Shown piece after piece: positions 18,200 through 30,400 of a DNA stretch of 36,187 nt; the stretch's first letter is position 1, and each line of letters opens with the position of its first letter. The position numbers and the translations under genes are program-made. Below the pieces are notes generated by a model. The model searched no databases and had not been told where the DNA came from. It saw nothing but the letters and a program-made list of their open reading frames with translations. Origin of the DNA: an uncultured virus (IMG/VR IMGVR_UViG_3300020414_000984) (taxonomy: Duplodnaviria > Heunggongvirae > Uroviricota > Caudoviricetes > Crassvirales). The stretch lies in IMG/VR virus record IMGVR_UViG_3300020414_000984. The stretch is one strand, 5' to 3'.

Positions 18200-19690
18200 A
18201 TGGGAGCTATAGTAGAAGTAAAATTCTTTAATAATTTTGTATTAAAAAAGACAATAAATCAATCACAACCTGTGTGGATGGGTTCTTTTGGTATTCCTGC
18301 CGATAAATCAGGTTATCCTTCAATAACAGGATTAACTACACAAGAAGAAAATTGGGCTATAGAAGAAAGTAGAATTAGAGGTGGTTATAATAATACTTCT
18401 ACTGCTTATGGTGCAAAAGCTTATTTAGTTGAAGAAGATCCAAATGGATATATTAGATTTAATTCATTAATATATTCAGGTATATATAATTCAAGAACTG
18501 GTGTAAACGATACTAATGTGTTTTCAACAGGTCAAGATATAACTAAGTCTACCGATCCTGCAAATGGTTCTATACAAAAACTATACGCTGAAGATACTAA
18601 TTTAATAATATTTCAAGAAAATAAAATTAGTAGAGCATTGATAGATAAAGATGCTATATACTCAGCTGAAGGTGGTGGCGCTATAACTAATTCTAATTTA
18701 GTAATAGGAACTATACAGCCTTTTCCAGGTAAATATGGAATTAGTAAAAATCCTGAAAGTTTTGCTGTATATGGTTATAATAAATATTTTTCAGATAAAA
18801 ATAACAATGTTATATTAAAATTGTCTGGAGGTAATATTGCTGAAATCTCAGGTGTAGGTATGAGAGATTATTTTAGAGATGAATTAAATACTCTAGATTT
18901 AGCTGGTACACCAGGATTTATAATAGGTGGTTGGGATTTATATAATAGTCAATATGTTATTTCTACACAACAAGATTCAAGTAAATCTTCAAAACCTAGA
19001 TTTAATACTCTTTCTTGGGACGAGCAAGTTGGTGGTTGGACAAGTTTCTATGATTACAGACCTGATCAAGCTTTTAGTGTTAGAAATAATTTTTATACTA
19101 CAAATGAAGATAATTTATATAAACATTATTCTACAACTTCTCCAAGAGCTCAGTTTTATGGAGTTACAAATCCAGCTAGTGTTACTTTTATTTTTAATCC
19201 AGAACCTACTAGATCAAAATATTTTAAAACTTTAAATTACGAAGGAAGTAATGGTTGGCAAGCTAGTAGCGTTGTATCTGATCCTACTGGACAAGACCAG
19301 TCTGTTTCTTCAACTAGTGTTTATATAAATAATAATGACACAGGTCAAACAATACTTAGCCAATTAGGTGGTGAATATGCTTATGATTCTAATGGAAATG
19401 TAATAACGAGAGCTAATTACAATTTAAATCCACCAAATGGTTTTGGAACAAATAACCCAGCAGTACCTAGATACTATGCTGGTTTTAATAGAAAAGAAAA
19501 TAATTACGCGGCAAACCTAGTAAACGATTCTTCAGCTATGAGAAGCGAAGTTATATTTGGTAATCAAATAAGTGGTTTAAAAGGTTATTATTTAACTGTA
19601 CAAATGAGTACAGACGCAGTAACTAATGTAGGTGCAGAAAAACAACTTTTTTCTGTTGCTACAAATTATTCAAATAACAATGGATATTAA
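18200..19690 (+). CDS. Tail stabilisation-type protein (beta-rich)
   Basis: Motifs GSIQKLYAEDTNLIIFQENK, YGISKNPESFA and GWTSFYDY. Confidence 0.65.
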   Translation: MGAIVEVKFFNNFVLKKTINQSQPVWMGSFGIPADKSGYPSITGLTTQEENWAIEESRIRGGYNNTSTAYGAKAYLVEEDPNGYIRFNSLIYSGIYNSRTGVNDTNVFSTGQDITKSTDPANGSIQKLYAEDTNLIIFQENKISRALIDKDAIYSAEGGGAITNSNLVIGTIQPFPGKYGISKNPESFAVYGYNKYFSDKNNNVILKLSGGNIAEISGVGMRDYFRDELNTLDLAGTPGFIIGGWDLYNSQYVISTQQDSSKSSKPRFNTLSWDEQVGGWTSFYDYRPDQAFSVRNNFYTTNEDNLYKHYSTTSPRAQFYGVTNPASVTFIFNPEPTRSKYFKTLNYEGSNGWQASSVVSDPTGQDQSVSSTSVYINNNDTGQTILSQLGGEYAYDSNGNVITRANYNLNPPNGFGTNNPAVPRYYAGFNRKENNYAANLVNDSSAMRSEVIFGNQISGLKGYYLTVQMSTDAVTNVGAEKQLFSVATNYSNNNGY

Positions 19691-19708
19691 TAATAAAAAT
19701 TTAAAATT

Positions 19709-20368
19709 ATGCCAGCAGGAGCAATTATAGGAGGCGTTGTATCAATTGCAGGAGGTATTTTTGGAGCTAGCGCAGCTAAAAGAGAAGCTAGGCGTAGAGA
19801 AAATCAAGCTAGAGCTCTAGAATACAAACTGAATCAACTTGAAGAAAACAGACAAGAAATCATAAATCCTTATGAAAGCATAACGGATTTAAGTAGTATG
19901 ATGTCTAATCCTTTTGCTAGTTTAGGCGTAGCTACACAAGCTGCAGAAATGCAAATTGAACAAACAGATATAGCTTTAGCTAACACTCTTGATACTATTA
20001 GAGCTACAGGTGGTGGCGCAGGTGGTGCAACAGCTTTAGCTCAAGCGGCTTTACAGTCTAAAAAAGGAGTTGCAGCAAGTATAGAACAACAAGAAGCTGC
20101 TAATGAAAAACAAAGAGCTCAAGGTGAAGCTGATTTACAGCGACAAAAAGTAGCAGAAGCTCAAAGATTACAGCAGGCAGAGGTTTCAGGTGATCAATTT
20201 GTGTTTCAACAACAAGAAGCTAGAGATATGCAGCAACTTAATAGATTGTCTAATCAAATCGGTGCTTTACGTGGAGCAGCTGCTCAAGCAAGAGCAGATT
20301 CTACCGCTGCAATAACTGGAGCTATAGGTAGCGCGGCAAGTATGTTTGGTACTTTAGGTGGAAAATAA
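19709..20368 (+). CDS. Internal virion / DNA ejection (pilot-like) protein
   Basis: Gly/Ala-rich hydrophobic termini (GAIIGGVVSIAGGIFG; AITGAIGSAASMFG) around Q/A/E coiled coils. Confidence 0.6.
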   Translation: MPAGAIIGGVVSIAGGIFGASAAKREARRRENQARALEYKLNQLEENRQEIINPYESITDLSSMMSNPFASLGVATQAAEMQIEQTDIALANTLDTIRATGGGAGGATALAQAALQSKKGVAASIEQQEAANEKQRAQGEADLQRQKVAEAQRLQQAEVSGDQFVFQQQEARDMQQLNRLSNQIGALRGAAAQARADSTAAITGAIGSAASMFGTLGGK

Positions 20369-20377
20369 TTAATTAAC

Positions 20378-21481
20378 ATGGAAGATAAAAATATAAAAGT
20401 TAATCTGTTTATACAACAATTAAATAAGAGTAATGCGCTTGGTTATAATAAACAATATATAGCTAGTGAAGTTGACTATAATTTTAAACTGTTAGATAAT
20501 GCTTATGAAAACACTGGTAGAGTTTATGCTAAGTTAAAAACAGATATAGAAAACGGAACATGCGATGATCCAACATGTTTTACAGAAAATCAAAGATTAA
20601 AAATGTTAATGGAAGCTCCTGAAAAATCTATAACATTTCTACAAAACATAGCTGCTCAATTATCTATAACAGAAGATTTATATTATGATGTTAATCAGAA
20701 TTATGCTTTTATGGTAGCAAACTCTATATTAACAGGTAAACCTACATTTGCAAAAAGTGATGGTTATAATATAGAATTAATATTAAGATCAAACGGTAGT
20801 CAAGATATTATTTTTTCTGGACCTTTATTAGAAGAAGTATATATAATTAATAGCGAAGCTTTAGATGCTTTATTAGAAGCTGGTACTGATATAGTTACAG
20901 AAACACCTGACATAAACAAAGACATGCTTAGATTATTAAGCGAAGTTGGTGTTATGGCTGGTGGATCAACTAATCCTGAAACAGGTGAACTTATGCCTCA
21001 AGCTAAAATTGCAGAAGAATTTGTAATGAAAAATCCTGATGGTTCTTATGATTATGAAATTATTGATATAGGTAATGGTAAAGGTAGAAATATACTTAAG
21101 TATGATTTAGATAAAATTGAAAGAAAAGTTACACCTTTTATAAATGCTGAAGTAGCAGGTATGCTAAGCCATGAACAATCTGTAGTTGCAGCATGGAACG
21201 TGTTTATTGGAGCACAAACTAGTGTATCAGAAGATGATCAAATGGCTCAAAACGCTAATGCTGGTTTTGTAGCTTGGAATTATGAAAAAGATTTACCATT
21301 ACAACAAGATAAAAAAGAATTATTTATGTCTAAGTATAAACAATACTTTATGAATAATTATTTAAAACAATTTACCAGTAATCAAATACCTAGCGTGCAA
21401 GCTGATGCAGCTGTTTTTGATTTAGAAGAAGGTAAAAGAAAACAAGCTCAAGCTTTTATAAAAGCTAATCCACCTAAATAA
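20378..21481 (+). CDS. Hypothetical protein, probable internal virion protein
   Basis: 367-aa acidic ORF between the pilot-like gene and the giant gene. Confidence 0.55.
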   Translation: MEDKNIKVNLFIQQLNKSNALGYNKQYIASEVDYNFKLLDNAYENTGRVYAKLKTDIENGTCDDPTCFTENQRLKMLMEAPEKSITFLQNIAAQLSITEDLYYDVNQNYAFMVANSILTGKPTFAKSDGYNIELILRSNGSQDIIFSGPLLEEVYIINSEALDALLEAGTDIVTETPDINKDMLRLLSEVGVMAGGSTNPETGELMPQAKIAEEFVMKNPDGSYDYEIIDIGNGKGRNILKYDLDKIERKVTPFINAEVAGMLSHEQSVVAAWNVFIGAQTSVSEDDQMAQNANAGFVAWNYEKDLPLQQDKKELFMSKYKQYFMNNYLKQFTSNQIPSVQADAAVFDLEEGKRKQAQAFIKANPPK

Positions 21482-21487
21482 AATTAA

Positions 21488-24400
21488 ATGACAGAAGAAG
21501 AATTTTTAATGTCTCTACCACAAAGTCTTGATCCAGATGAAAAATTAAAAAGACTTGAGCAATGGAGACAAGAAAATCCTCAACCTGAAGTTGAAGAAGA
21601 AGTAGTTGAAGAAGAAGTATCTGAGCAACAACCTAAAGAAGAAATAATATCTTCTGAAAATGTTAATTTTAGTTTTCCTAGTTCATTTAACAATCAACAA
21701 AAACCAAGTTTATTTTCTTTAGGTTCTGATGGACAGATTGATATAAACTCTTCTATTTTTAACACATCTAATACAGATACTTTAAATTATCAGTTTCAAG
21801 GAACGTCTTTGCCTACTACTAACTTAAATTTAAGTTTAGGTGGTTTGCAAAACAATGTTGAAGCAATGGAGGCTCAACAAAGACTTACTGCTGTAAGTAA
21901 ACCTAATGAAATCATGAATACTTTTGATAAGTCATATGAATATAAATATGATCTTGTTGATGGTAAAATGATTTATTATACTAGAAAAAATGGCACTGAA
22001 GACGAGTGGGATGTAATAGATAATCCAGAAGATAATAGATATTTTGATATTGGAGCTAAAGTTTTTAAACATTTTGATTATGACGAAGAAGCTTATGACC
22101 AAGGACAAAGTATAATAAGACAAGGTAAGAAAGTAGGTAAAAAATACAGTTCTTTTATGGAAGAATCAGAAACTATATTGTTAGATGAAACTTCCACAGA
22201 AGAATTTGTAGATATAGAAAAAATATTTACAGAGCGCGTGCAAATGACTGATGAACAAGAGGAAAATAATGAAGATGCAGCCACTTCATTTGTTGAAAAT
22301 AAACAAAGAGAAAGAGTAGAGGTTAAAGAAGTAACAACTAAAATTGGAAGTGAAGGTGGAAAACCTATATATTCTACACAAAAAGTAAAAGTAAAAACTG
22401 GTGAGATGGAGGATAATCCAGATTACATAGCTGCAAGAGATGAGGCTATAAAACAGTTAAAAAATGAAAAAGGTATACTTGATAAAGATTTTGATTTAAA
22501 CGATCCAGAAATCATGAAAATGGTAGATGCTCGTATTTATCAAAATAAATTACGTGAATTAAACTCTGCAACTACTATTAATAATTTAGAAAATTATATT
22601 GAAGGTTTAGGTACAGATTTTGATCTTGCTGATTATTATGAAGTAGGTGTTGACTTTTTAACTGACGCAAGTCCTATTTTTAATACTTTAAAAGATAAAC
22701 TTTTACCAAAAATAAACGAAGAATTAGGTACTAATCTTGGTGAAAAAACAATACTAGATGTTTTTGATAGAACTGAACTTCAACAACGAATGGAGAAGTT
22801 TATTGATATTAAACAAAGTAATTTAGATAATAAATCAAAAAAGCTAGAAACTTTCATGGCTAGTGGTGAGGATTTATTAAAACAACTTAATCGAGTTGCT
22901 CTTAATATATCAAAAGGTAATTATCAAACACCTAGTCAAGTAGACGAAGCGAATAAAGCTTTAACTAATATTAATAAACAGATAGACGAAACATTAAACC
23001 TTATAAATAAAAAATATGATGAGTTTAGTGATGAGTTAGAAAAAAACCCTGATCTTGCTGGTTTTGCTGATAAGCTAAAAAGAAACTATGGTGCTTTTCC
23101 TTTAATGGTTAATAATTTTAAAGCAGCTGGTACTGAAATGTTTTTAGGTGTAGAAGAAATGGCTTACCAAGTGTACAATTTATATGACGCAGGTGTAGAC
23201 TGGGTAGATGATAATGTGTTTGGTGGTTATAATTTATTTTCATCAACTTTAAATCCAGCAGGAGAATTAGTTTCATTATTTGGTATGGAGAGTGATTTAG
23301 AAGAATGGAGAACAAACAACATAGAGCTTACTGAAAAATGGATACAAGATTCGTTAAGAGGTACTATTGCTGAAGCGAAAAGCGTTAGTGATATAACAGA
23401 TTTTGGTGATTTTGTTACATGGGGTTTTACTAATGTAGGAACTTTAACACCTCAAGTCATGGCTATGACAGTATCTCCTCATACTGGGTTGCTTATTGTA
23501 GGTTCTAGTGCTGGTGGTAATAAATTTAAAGAGCTTACAAAAATAGAAGAACAAAGTGTAGAAGATTATAGAAAATGGAATGATTTAAAACCTACACAAA
23601 GAGATGGTGAAAGCGATGAGTTATTTAAAGAGAGAACACAGAGATGGCAAGATGAAAAACCTGAAATAGTAAACTATACCGCTCTTCAAAAATATGGTGG
23701 TGCTATGATGACCATGGGATTAGAACTAGGTTTAGGTAGAGTTGTTAGTTTACCTTTTGCTAAAGGTAATTCACTAGTGTCTCCTATTTTAAATAGAATA
23801 AAAGTATTACCAGGTGCTCAAAATAAATGGTCTAGGATGTTTGCTAATGGAGTAAGAAAATCAGCAGTAGGTTTTGGAGATGCTCAATTAGAAGGATTTG
23901 AAGAAGGTTTAATAGGTGTAGGAGATAATTGGTATAGAAGATACGTATTAGGTGATACTAGTGTTAATTTATTTGATGGTTTTTGGGATCAATACTCAGC
24001 TGGAGTTATGGGTGGTTATTATTTCAAAGCACCGCATCTTATGACTAGTGTTTTAAATACAGTTCAAACACCAAAAGATGTATCTAATATTACAGGATTA
24101 CAAAATGAAATTAAAAGTATTAATAATACAATACTCAATAATCCTAAAATGTCTGCTAATACTAAAGATATATTAAACGACAATGTTGCAACAAAAATTA
24201 ATCAGATAACAAACAGTATAAATACTTCTTTAAATACATTTACTCAAATGTCTGAAACAGATTTTAATTTGTTAGGAACTATAGATCAACAACTTTTTGA
24301 AATTAATAGTCAAATTGAGCAAATACAAAATGACGATGGCATCGTTGAAGGAAAAGAACAATTAATAGAAGATCTTCAAAACGAAAGAAACAATTTAACA

Positions 24401-27400
24401 GGTCAAAAAAATACAGTATTAGAGGCGTATCAACAAATAGACTCACAACAAGTTACATTAGGTAATGGTCAAATTATTCCTATAGCTACAATAAGAAAAG
24501 GATCTGAAGTAGTTGCAGAGCAACTAGGCGATACTGATATTGTAAGATTTGATACTACACAAGATTTTATTGGTGGTATAGAAACTTTAAGAGCTGAAGG
24601 TGTAGAAGTTGAATTAGCACAAGATACTGAAGGAAATACTTTACCAGCTGATCAACAAAGTTATGGATTAATTGCTACTTTACCAGATGGCACTAAGCAA
24701 GTAATAATCAATAATGCTTCACAAGAAGCAGATGGGGTTATACCTGCTGATAAACATGAAGTATTACATGCTTTTGCAGCTAAGATGGATCCTGAGGTTA
24801 AATTAAAAATGGGACAAGATTTATATAATCTTCTTGTTAATGACACAGGTGATGTTACGAGTAGGGTTGAAATTGACCCTAGAACTAGAGCTTCACTAGA
24901 TACTTATAGAAAAGATTTATTAGAAGGAAAAATAGATGAAGCGCAGTTTTATGAAGAAGTTATGGCTGTTGTTAGTGATGGTTTAACTCAAGGTACTGTA
25001 GATGTTAAAGAAACAGGACCAATAATGAGTCTTGTAAATAAATTTTTAGAAACTATAGGTTTTAAACAAAGTTTTGAAGATGGTAAACAGGTTATAGATT
25101 TCTTAAAAGATTTTAATAAAGATGTATTAAGCGGTAAAGGTTTATCTCAACAAACTTTAGATAAAGCTGGAGTAAATTTAGACCAAGAAGTAGATATGGG
25201 TCTTGAAACAGAAGTTGATTTAGGTGTTGTACAAAGTCAAAAACTACCTGAAGCAACTGAAGTTTACATGGATGTAGATAACAATGCTCTTCAACAAGGT
25301 TTAAACAATGCAATACAAAACCAAACAGATCAACAGTTTCCAATAGCTCAAGCAATTGTAGAAAAAAACTGGCCATTAATAAGTAAATCACTTAATATAA
25401 ATAGTCAGCAAGAAATGGAAGCTGCTAAAGAAGTTGTTATTGATCAAGTATTAGGACAGTTTGAAGGATCTGGTCAAGGTAAATATGGTCCTAGAAACAC
25501 TAGTGCATTAGCTGGTTTTTCGTTGGAAGGTGGAGCACAAGTTAGTACATATTTAGCTGAAACAATAAGAACTAGAAAACCTGAAATTGATGCAGCTATA
25601 GCTGATAGAACTGGTGGTCCAGGTATACAAGCTGACCAAATGGGTGATGTAGCTGTAGAAACCGATGTAACAGAAGTTGCAGAAACTAGACGTACACCTA
25701 GTCAAACAACTACATATTCTGATGCTATATTAGAAAATGTACAAACAGATAAAAATGGTTTAGAAACTAGAATAACTGAGTCAATTCAAGAGTCATATCC
25801 CGGAAGAACAGATGTAACTTTAGCTGAAACTAGAAATATACCTACACAAGTAGCTCAAGTATACGGTGATATGTTTGGTATTAATCCACAAACATTATCA
25901 GATAAAACAAGAAACTTTCAAAAAACAGATGCAGATGGTTTAAACGCTGCAAAACGTTTTTTAATTGATAACGCTCAAGCTGATTTTGCTAATTTACCTG
26001 ATGCGCTAGACGTAGATGGTAAAGGTACATTTATACCTCTTAATGTTAAAAAAGCATTATATACTGACGGTAAAAAAACAGGTACATTAAAAGATTATTT
26101 AGATTTAATTAGAATAAAACCTGAAAAACCTATTTATAGAGACAGAGCTGGTCAAACTATTAGAGGGTTGTTAAATACTCATATTAGAAACAGAATACTA
26201 GAAACATCTAATCCTGATCCTGCTTCAAGAAAACGAAGTGGTGCTAAGTTTAGTAAAAGAGCAAAGGTTAAAAGTACCCAAGTAGATAACCGTACACCAA
26301 ATCAAGTTTTAGCAGATATGGGTAGAGGACCAATGAGAATACAAACAGCAGCTGATGGTAGTTTAGTTGTAGATTCTGGTCCTGTTGAACCTTTAACAAA
26401 GTCGGGAAGAACTTTTCCTAAAGTTAAAGCTTCTAAAAAAATTGATGTTAAAGAGGTAATAAAACTAGAAGAAACAGCGGTAGATCAAACAGTTTCCGAA
26501 ATATCTAAAGCTGAACCTATTCCAACTATAAGCTATCAAAAACTAGAAAAAGATTTAAAGCCTGGAAATATAAAAGATAAAGTATACACAGGTTTAAGAG
26601 ATCAAAGTGCTCCTTATAAAAAAGATAAAAAAGGTAAAACTATAGAAACCTATGAGCAAGCTAGAAATAGAGTAGTAAATGATTTTTTAGATAAACATCC
26701 TAAATGGAAAAGTTTTATTAGAAGAGGAATGGCAGGTGGTATCGAAAACAGTTTATTTCTTAGTACTCAAGAATATAGAAACGCAACAGCAAATGTACCA
26801 GCTAGTGTTCAAACAGATATTTTGCCTTCTAGCATTGGAACTAAAACTTCTGATATACAAGGCTCTAATAAATTAAATCCAAAAGGATTAAAAGATTTTA
26901 ATAAAGATAATGAAGCTTTAAAACCAGAAATATTAATTGAGTTTTGGGGAGATGTAGCAGATTTTTTACAAGATAATAAAAAAGATGCTTGGTTTTTTGG
27001 TGAAATGGTTAATGATTCTAGAAATCACACTGCTGGTCCACTAAGATCAGCTGCTGCTTATTCTTTTTATCCTATAAATCCTAAATCTAAAAAAGCTAAT
27101 TTTGAAGTACCTATTTTAATAGAACATGGTATGCCTAATTTTGCTGCTAACAAACCTCTGTTTGCAGCCGCGATGAAAGGAAGAAATTATGTAAATGCTT
27201 TAAAAGACGTTACTGTTGCTTCGTATGGGCAAGGAGCTATAATGAACGACACTACAACTGATAAATCTAAAAGTGATGATGATTTAGTTAATGTTGATTA
27301 TAAAAATAACATGCCGGCTTGGTTTTATACTAATACAATTCCAGCTATTAAATCAGGTCAATTAAATAATATTATAGATAAATACCCTGGATTAATTGGA

Positions 27401-30400
27401 CCTGTTGCAAGAATGTCGGCATCTGGCGTAAATCAAAATTCTTATGCTAGTCCTGTTGATGGTAAATCTATACCTGAAATATTCGATGTTGAAGTAGATC
27501 CTCAGTTTAGAGACGGCGCAAACGTAGTTGTTGCTCAAAACAAAGCTATAATTAATACCTTAAAAGGTATGACTAAAGCTGACGTGCAAAAACAATTTAA
27601 ACTTGATTTAAAAATAGCTAAAGATAAAGATGTTGCAACAAAAAAATCACTTGTAGATAAAGGTCCTGAAGTATTTGACTCTAACATGACAGTTGAAAAA
27701 ATGAAAACTGTTGCTACAAACTCGTTAAAAACCAAGGTTTTATCTAGTAAAAGAACACCAAAACCAAAAGGTATAAGTGTATTTGATTTTGATGATACAC
27801 TTGCTAAAACAAAAGAAAAGGTTATAGTAAAAACACCTGACGGTAAAACAAAAGAGATAAGTGCTGCTGAATTTGCTAGAGAAGCTGCTAATCTTGTAGA
27901 AGCAGGTGCTGAATTTGATTTTAGTAATTTTGAAAATGTAGCTAGCGACACAGCAGAAGGACCATTAGCAGATCTTGCTAGAAAACGTCAAGGTAAATTT
28001 GGTAGCGGCGATATATTTGTTTTAACTGCAAGACCCGCGACAGCTGCACCAGCTATACAACAATTCTTAAAAAGCATTGGTATTAATATACCTTTAGCTA
28101 ATATTACAGGATTAGGTGATGGATCACCACAAGCTAAGGTTGATTTTGTTTTAAATAAAACCGCTGAAGGTTATAATGATTTTTATTTTGCAGATGATTC
28201 ATTTGCTAATGTCGAAGCTGTTAGTCAAATATTAGATGCTGTTGATGTTAAAAATAGAGTTGAACAAGCTCAAACTAAAGAAGTTAAATTAAATAATGAT
28301 ATAAATCAAATAATTGAAGAAGTTACAGGTGTTGAGTCATTTAAAAAGTATTCTACAGTTAGAGCAAGATTAGAAGGTAAGAAAAAAGATGGAGGTATAT
28401 TTAAACGTATAGGAAAACAACTTACTATTACAGCATCTGCTGAAGATTTTGAAGGATTAACATATGCTTTAAGAGGAAAAGGCGAACAAGGTGATAGACA
28501 CGCTAAATGGATAAATGATAACTTACTTGATCCTTACAATAAAGCAGAGCTAGAATTATTAAGTGCAAAAGTAAATGTTGGTAGAGATTTTGCTGCTTTA
28601 AGAAAAAAGTTTCCAACATTAAAAGGTAGTAAACTTAGCTTTAATAATCCACTATTAAAAGAAATAGATGGTGGACCATTTAATAAAGAACAAGCTGTAA
28701 GAGTTTATTTATGGAATAAGCAAGGTAATGAAATACCTGATATGTCAAAAAGAGATGTTAATCGTTTAGTAAAAGCAGTAGAAGCAGATATTGAACTTCA
28801 AACTTTTGCCGATGAACTAGCATCAATACAAAGAAGTCCTGAATATCCAGCGCCAGGTAAAAATTGGTTAGGTGGAAGTATTAAAAATGATATATTAAAT
28901 GCTATGGACGGATCATTTAGATCTGAGTTAATGGCTGAGTTTAATGAAAATGTAGATATTATATTTAGTCCAGAAAATTTAAATAAGCTTGAGGCTATAT
29001 ATGGAAGCAAATATGTAGAAGCATTAAAAGATTCTATACGTAGAATGAAGTCGGGTAGCAATAGGCCTGTAATTACTGGTAGTGGCGCTAGAGTTGTAAA
29101 TGAAATGCTTGATTGGCTTAATGCTTCTGTTGCTAACGTAATGTTTTTAAATTCAAGATCTGGACTACTTCAAACATTATCAACGGTAAATTTCATAAAT
29201 TGGGGTGATAATAATCTATATGCAGCCGCTAAAGCTTTTGGAAGTAAAGAAATGTGGCCTACATTTATGAAATTAATGAACTCTGATTATTTAATAAACA
29301 GACGTGATGGTTTAAGAATTAATGTAAATGAAGCTGAACTTGCTGACGCTGCTAAAAAAGGTGGTATAAAAGGTGCTTTTAGTTATTTAATGGATAAAGG
29401 TTTTGCTATTACTAGAGTTATGGATAGTTTTGCTATTGCACTTGGTGGTTCTACATTTTTTATTAATCGTAAAAAAGCTTTATTAAATAGAGTTAATCCT
29501 GACACAGGTAAATTATATACTGAAGCAGAAGCTGATGAAAAAGCTTTTCAAGATTTTTATGCAATAGCAGAAGAAACTCAACAGTCGAGTAATCCTGCAA
29601 GAATATCATCTCAACAAGCTAGTATTGCTGGTCGTGTATTGTTATCTTTTCAAAACATAACAATGCAGATGAATAGAAAAACTAAAAAATCTATATTAGA
29701 TCTGTATAACAGACGTAAAAAACCTGGCATGACACAGCGAGAAAGTGATTTAAGTAACATGTCAAGCGTTATTTATTATGTTGGTATGCAAAACTTAATA
29801 TTTAATTCTTTACAACAAGGTTTATTTGCAATGTTGTTTGATGATGAAGAAGAAGAAGATAAAAGAAAACAAGAAAGATTTGCTAATACTTTAAATGGTA
29901 TGACTGATTCTTTATTATTTGGACTTGGTTTTGGTGGAGCAATAATAGCAACAAGTAAAAATATACTTATGCGTATAGCTGATGAGTCAGATAAAAATAA
30001 ACCAGATTATAGAGATATACCTGACGATGTGTTTGATGTAAGTTCGGTTATAGATGCTAAGTTTAGAAAACTTAAATCAGCTGCTAGAACTTTTACTTTT
30101 GAAAGAGACGAAATAAAAAGAAGAGGTTGGAGTATAGATAATCCTGCTTACTTAGCAGTTGCTCAAATTATAGCGGCGTTTACTAACGCACCTGTTGATA
30201 GAGTATTAATGAAGGTGAATAACTTAAGACAAGCTTCTGATGAATCAGTAAGAACTTGGCAAAGAGTTGCTTTAGTACTTGGTTGGAGCGGTTGGCAGTT
30301 TGGTTTACCATATTATGGTAGACAAAGTACTATTGATCGTGAAAATAAAGAAGATGAAAAGATAAAAGAAAACTATGCTAAGCAGGTTAAAGAAGTTAAA

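Noticed and set aside
18927..19235. 102-aa +1-frame ORF within the 496-aa tail gene
   Set aside because: Leu/Ile-rich as expected from T-ending codons, with no compositional anomaly, unlike the terL and scaffold cases.
263..29061. Short minus-strand ORFs in the track (e.g. 758-1096, 1463-1867, 27535-27951)
   Set aside because: They are antisense to well-supported genes and have the Ser/Leu/Phe-rich composition typical of shadow frames.
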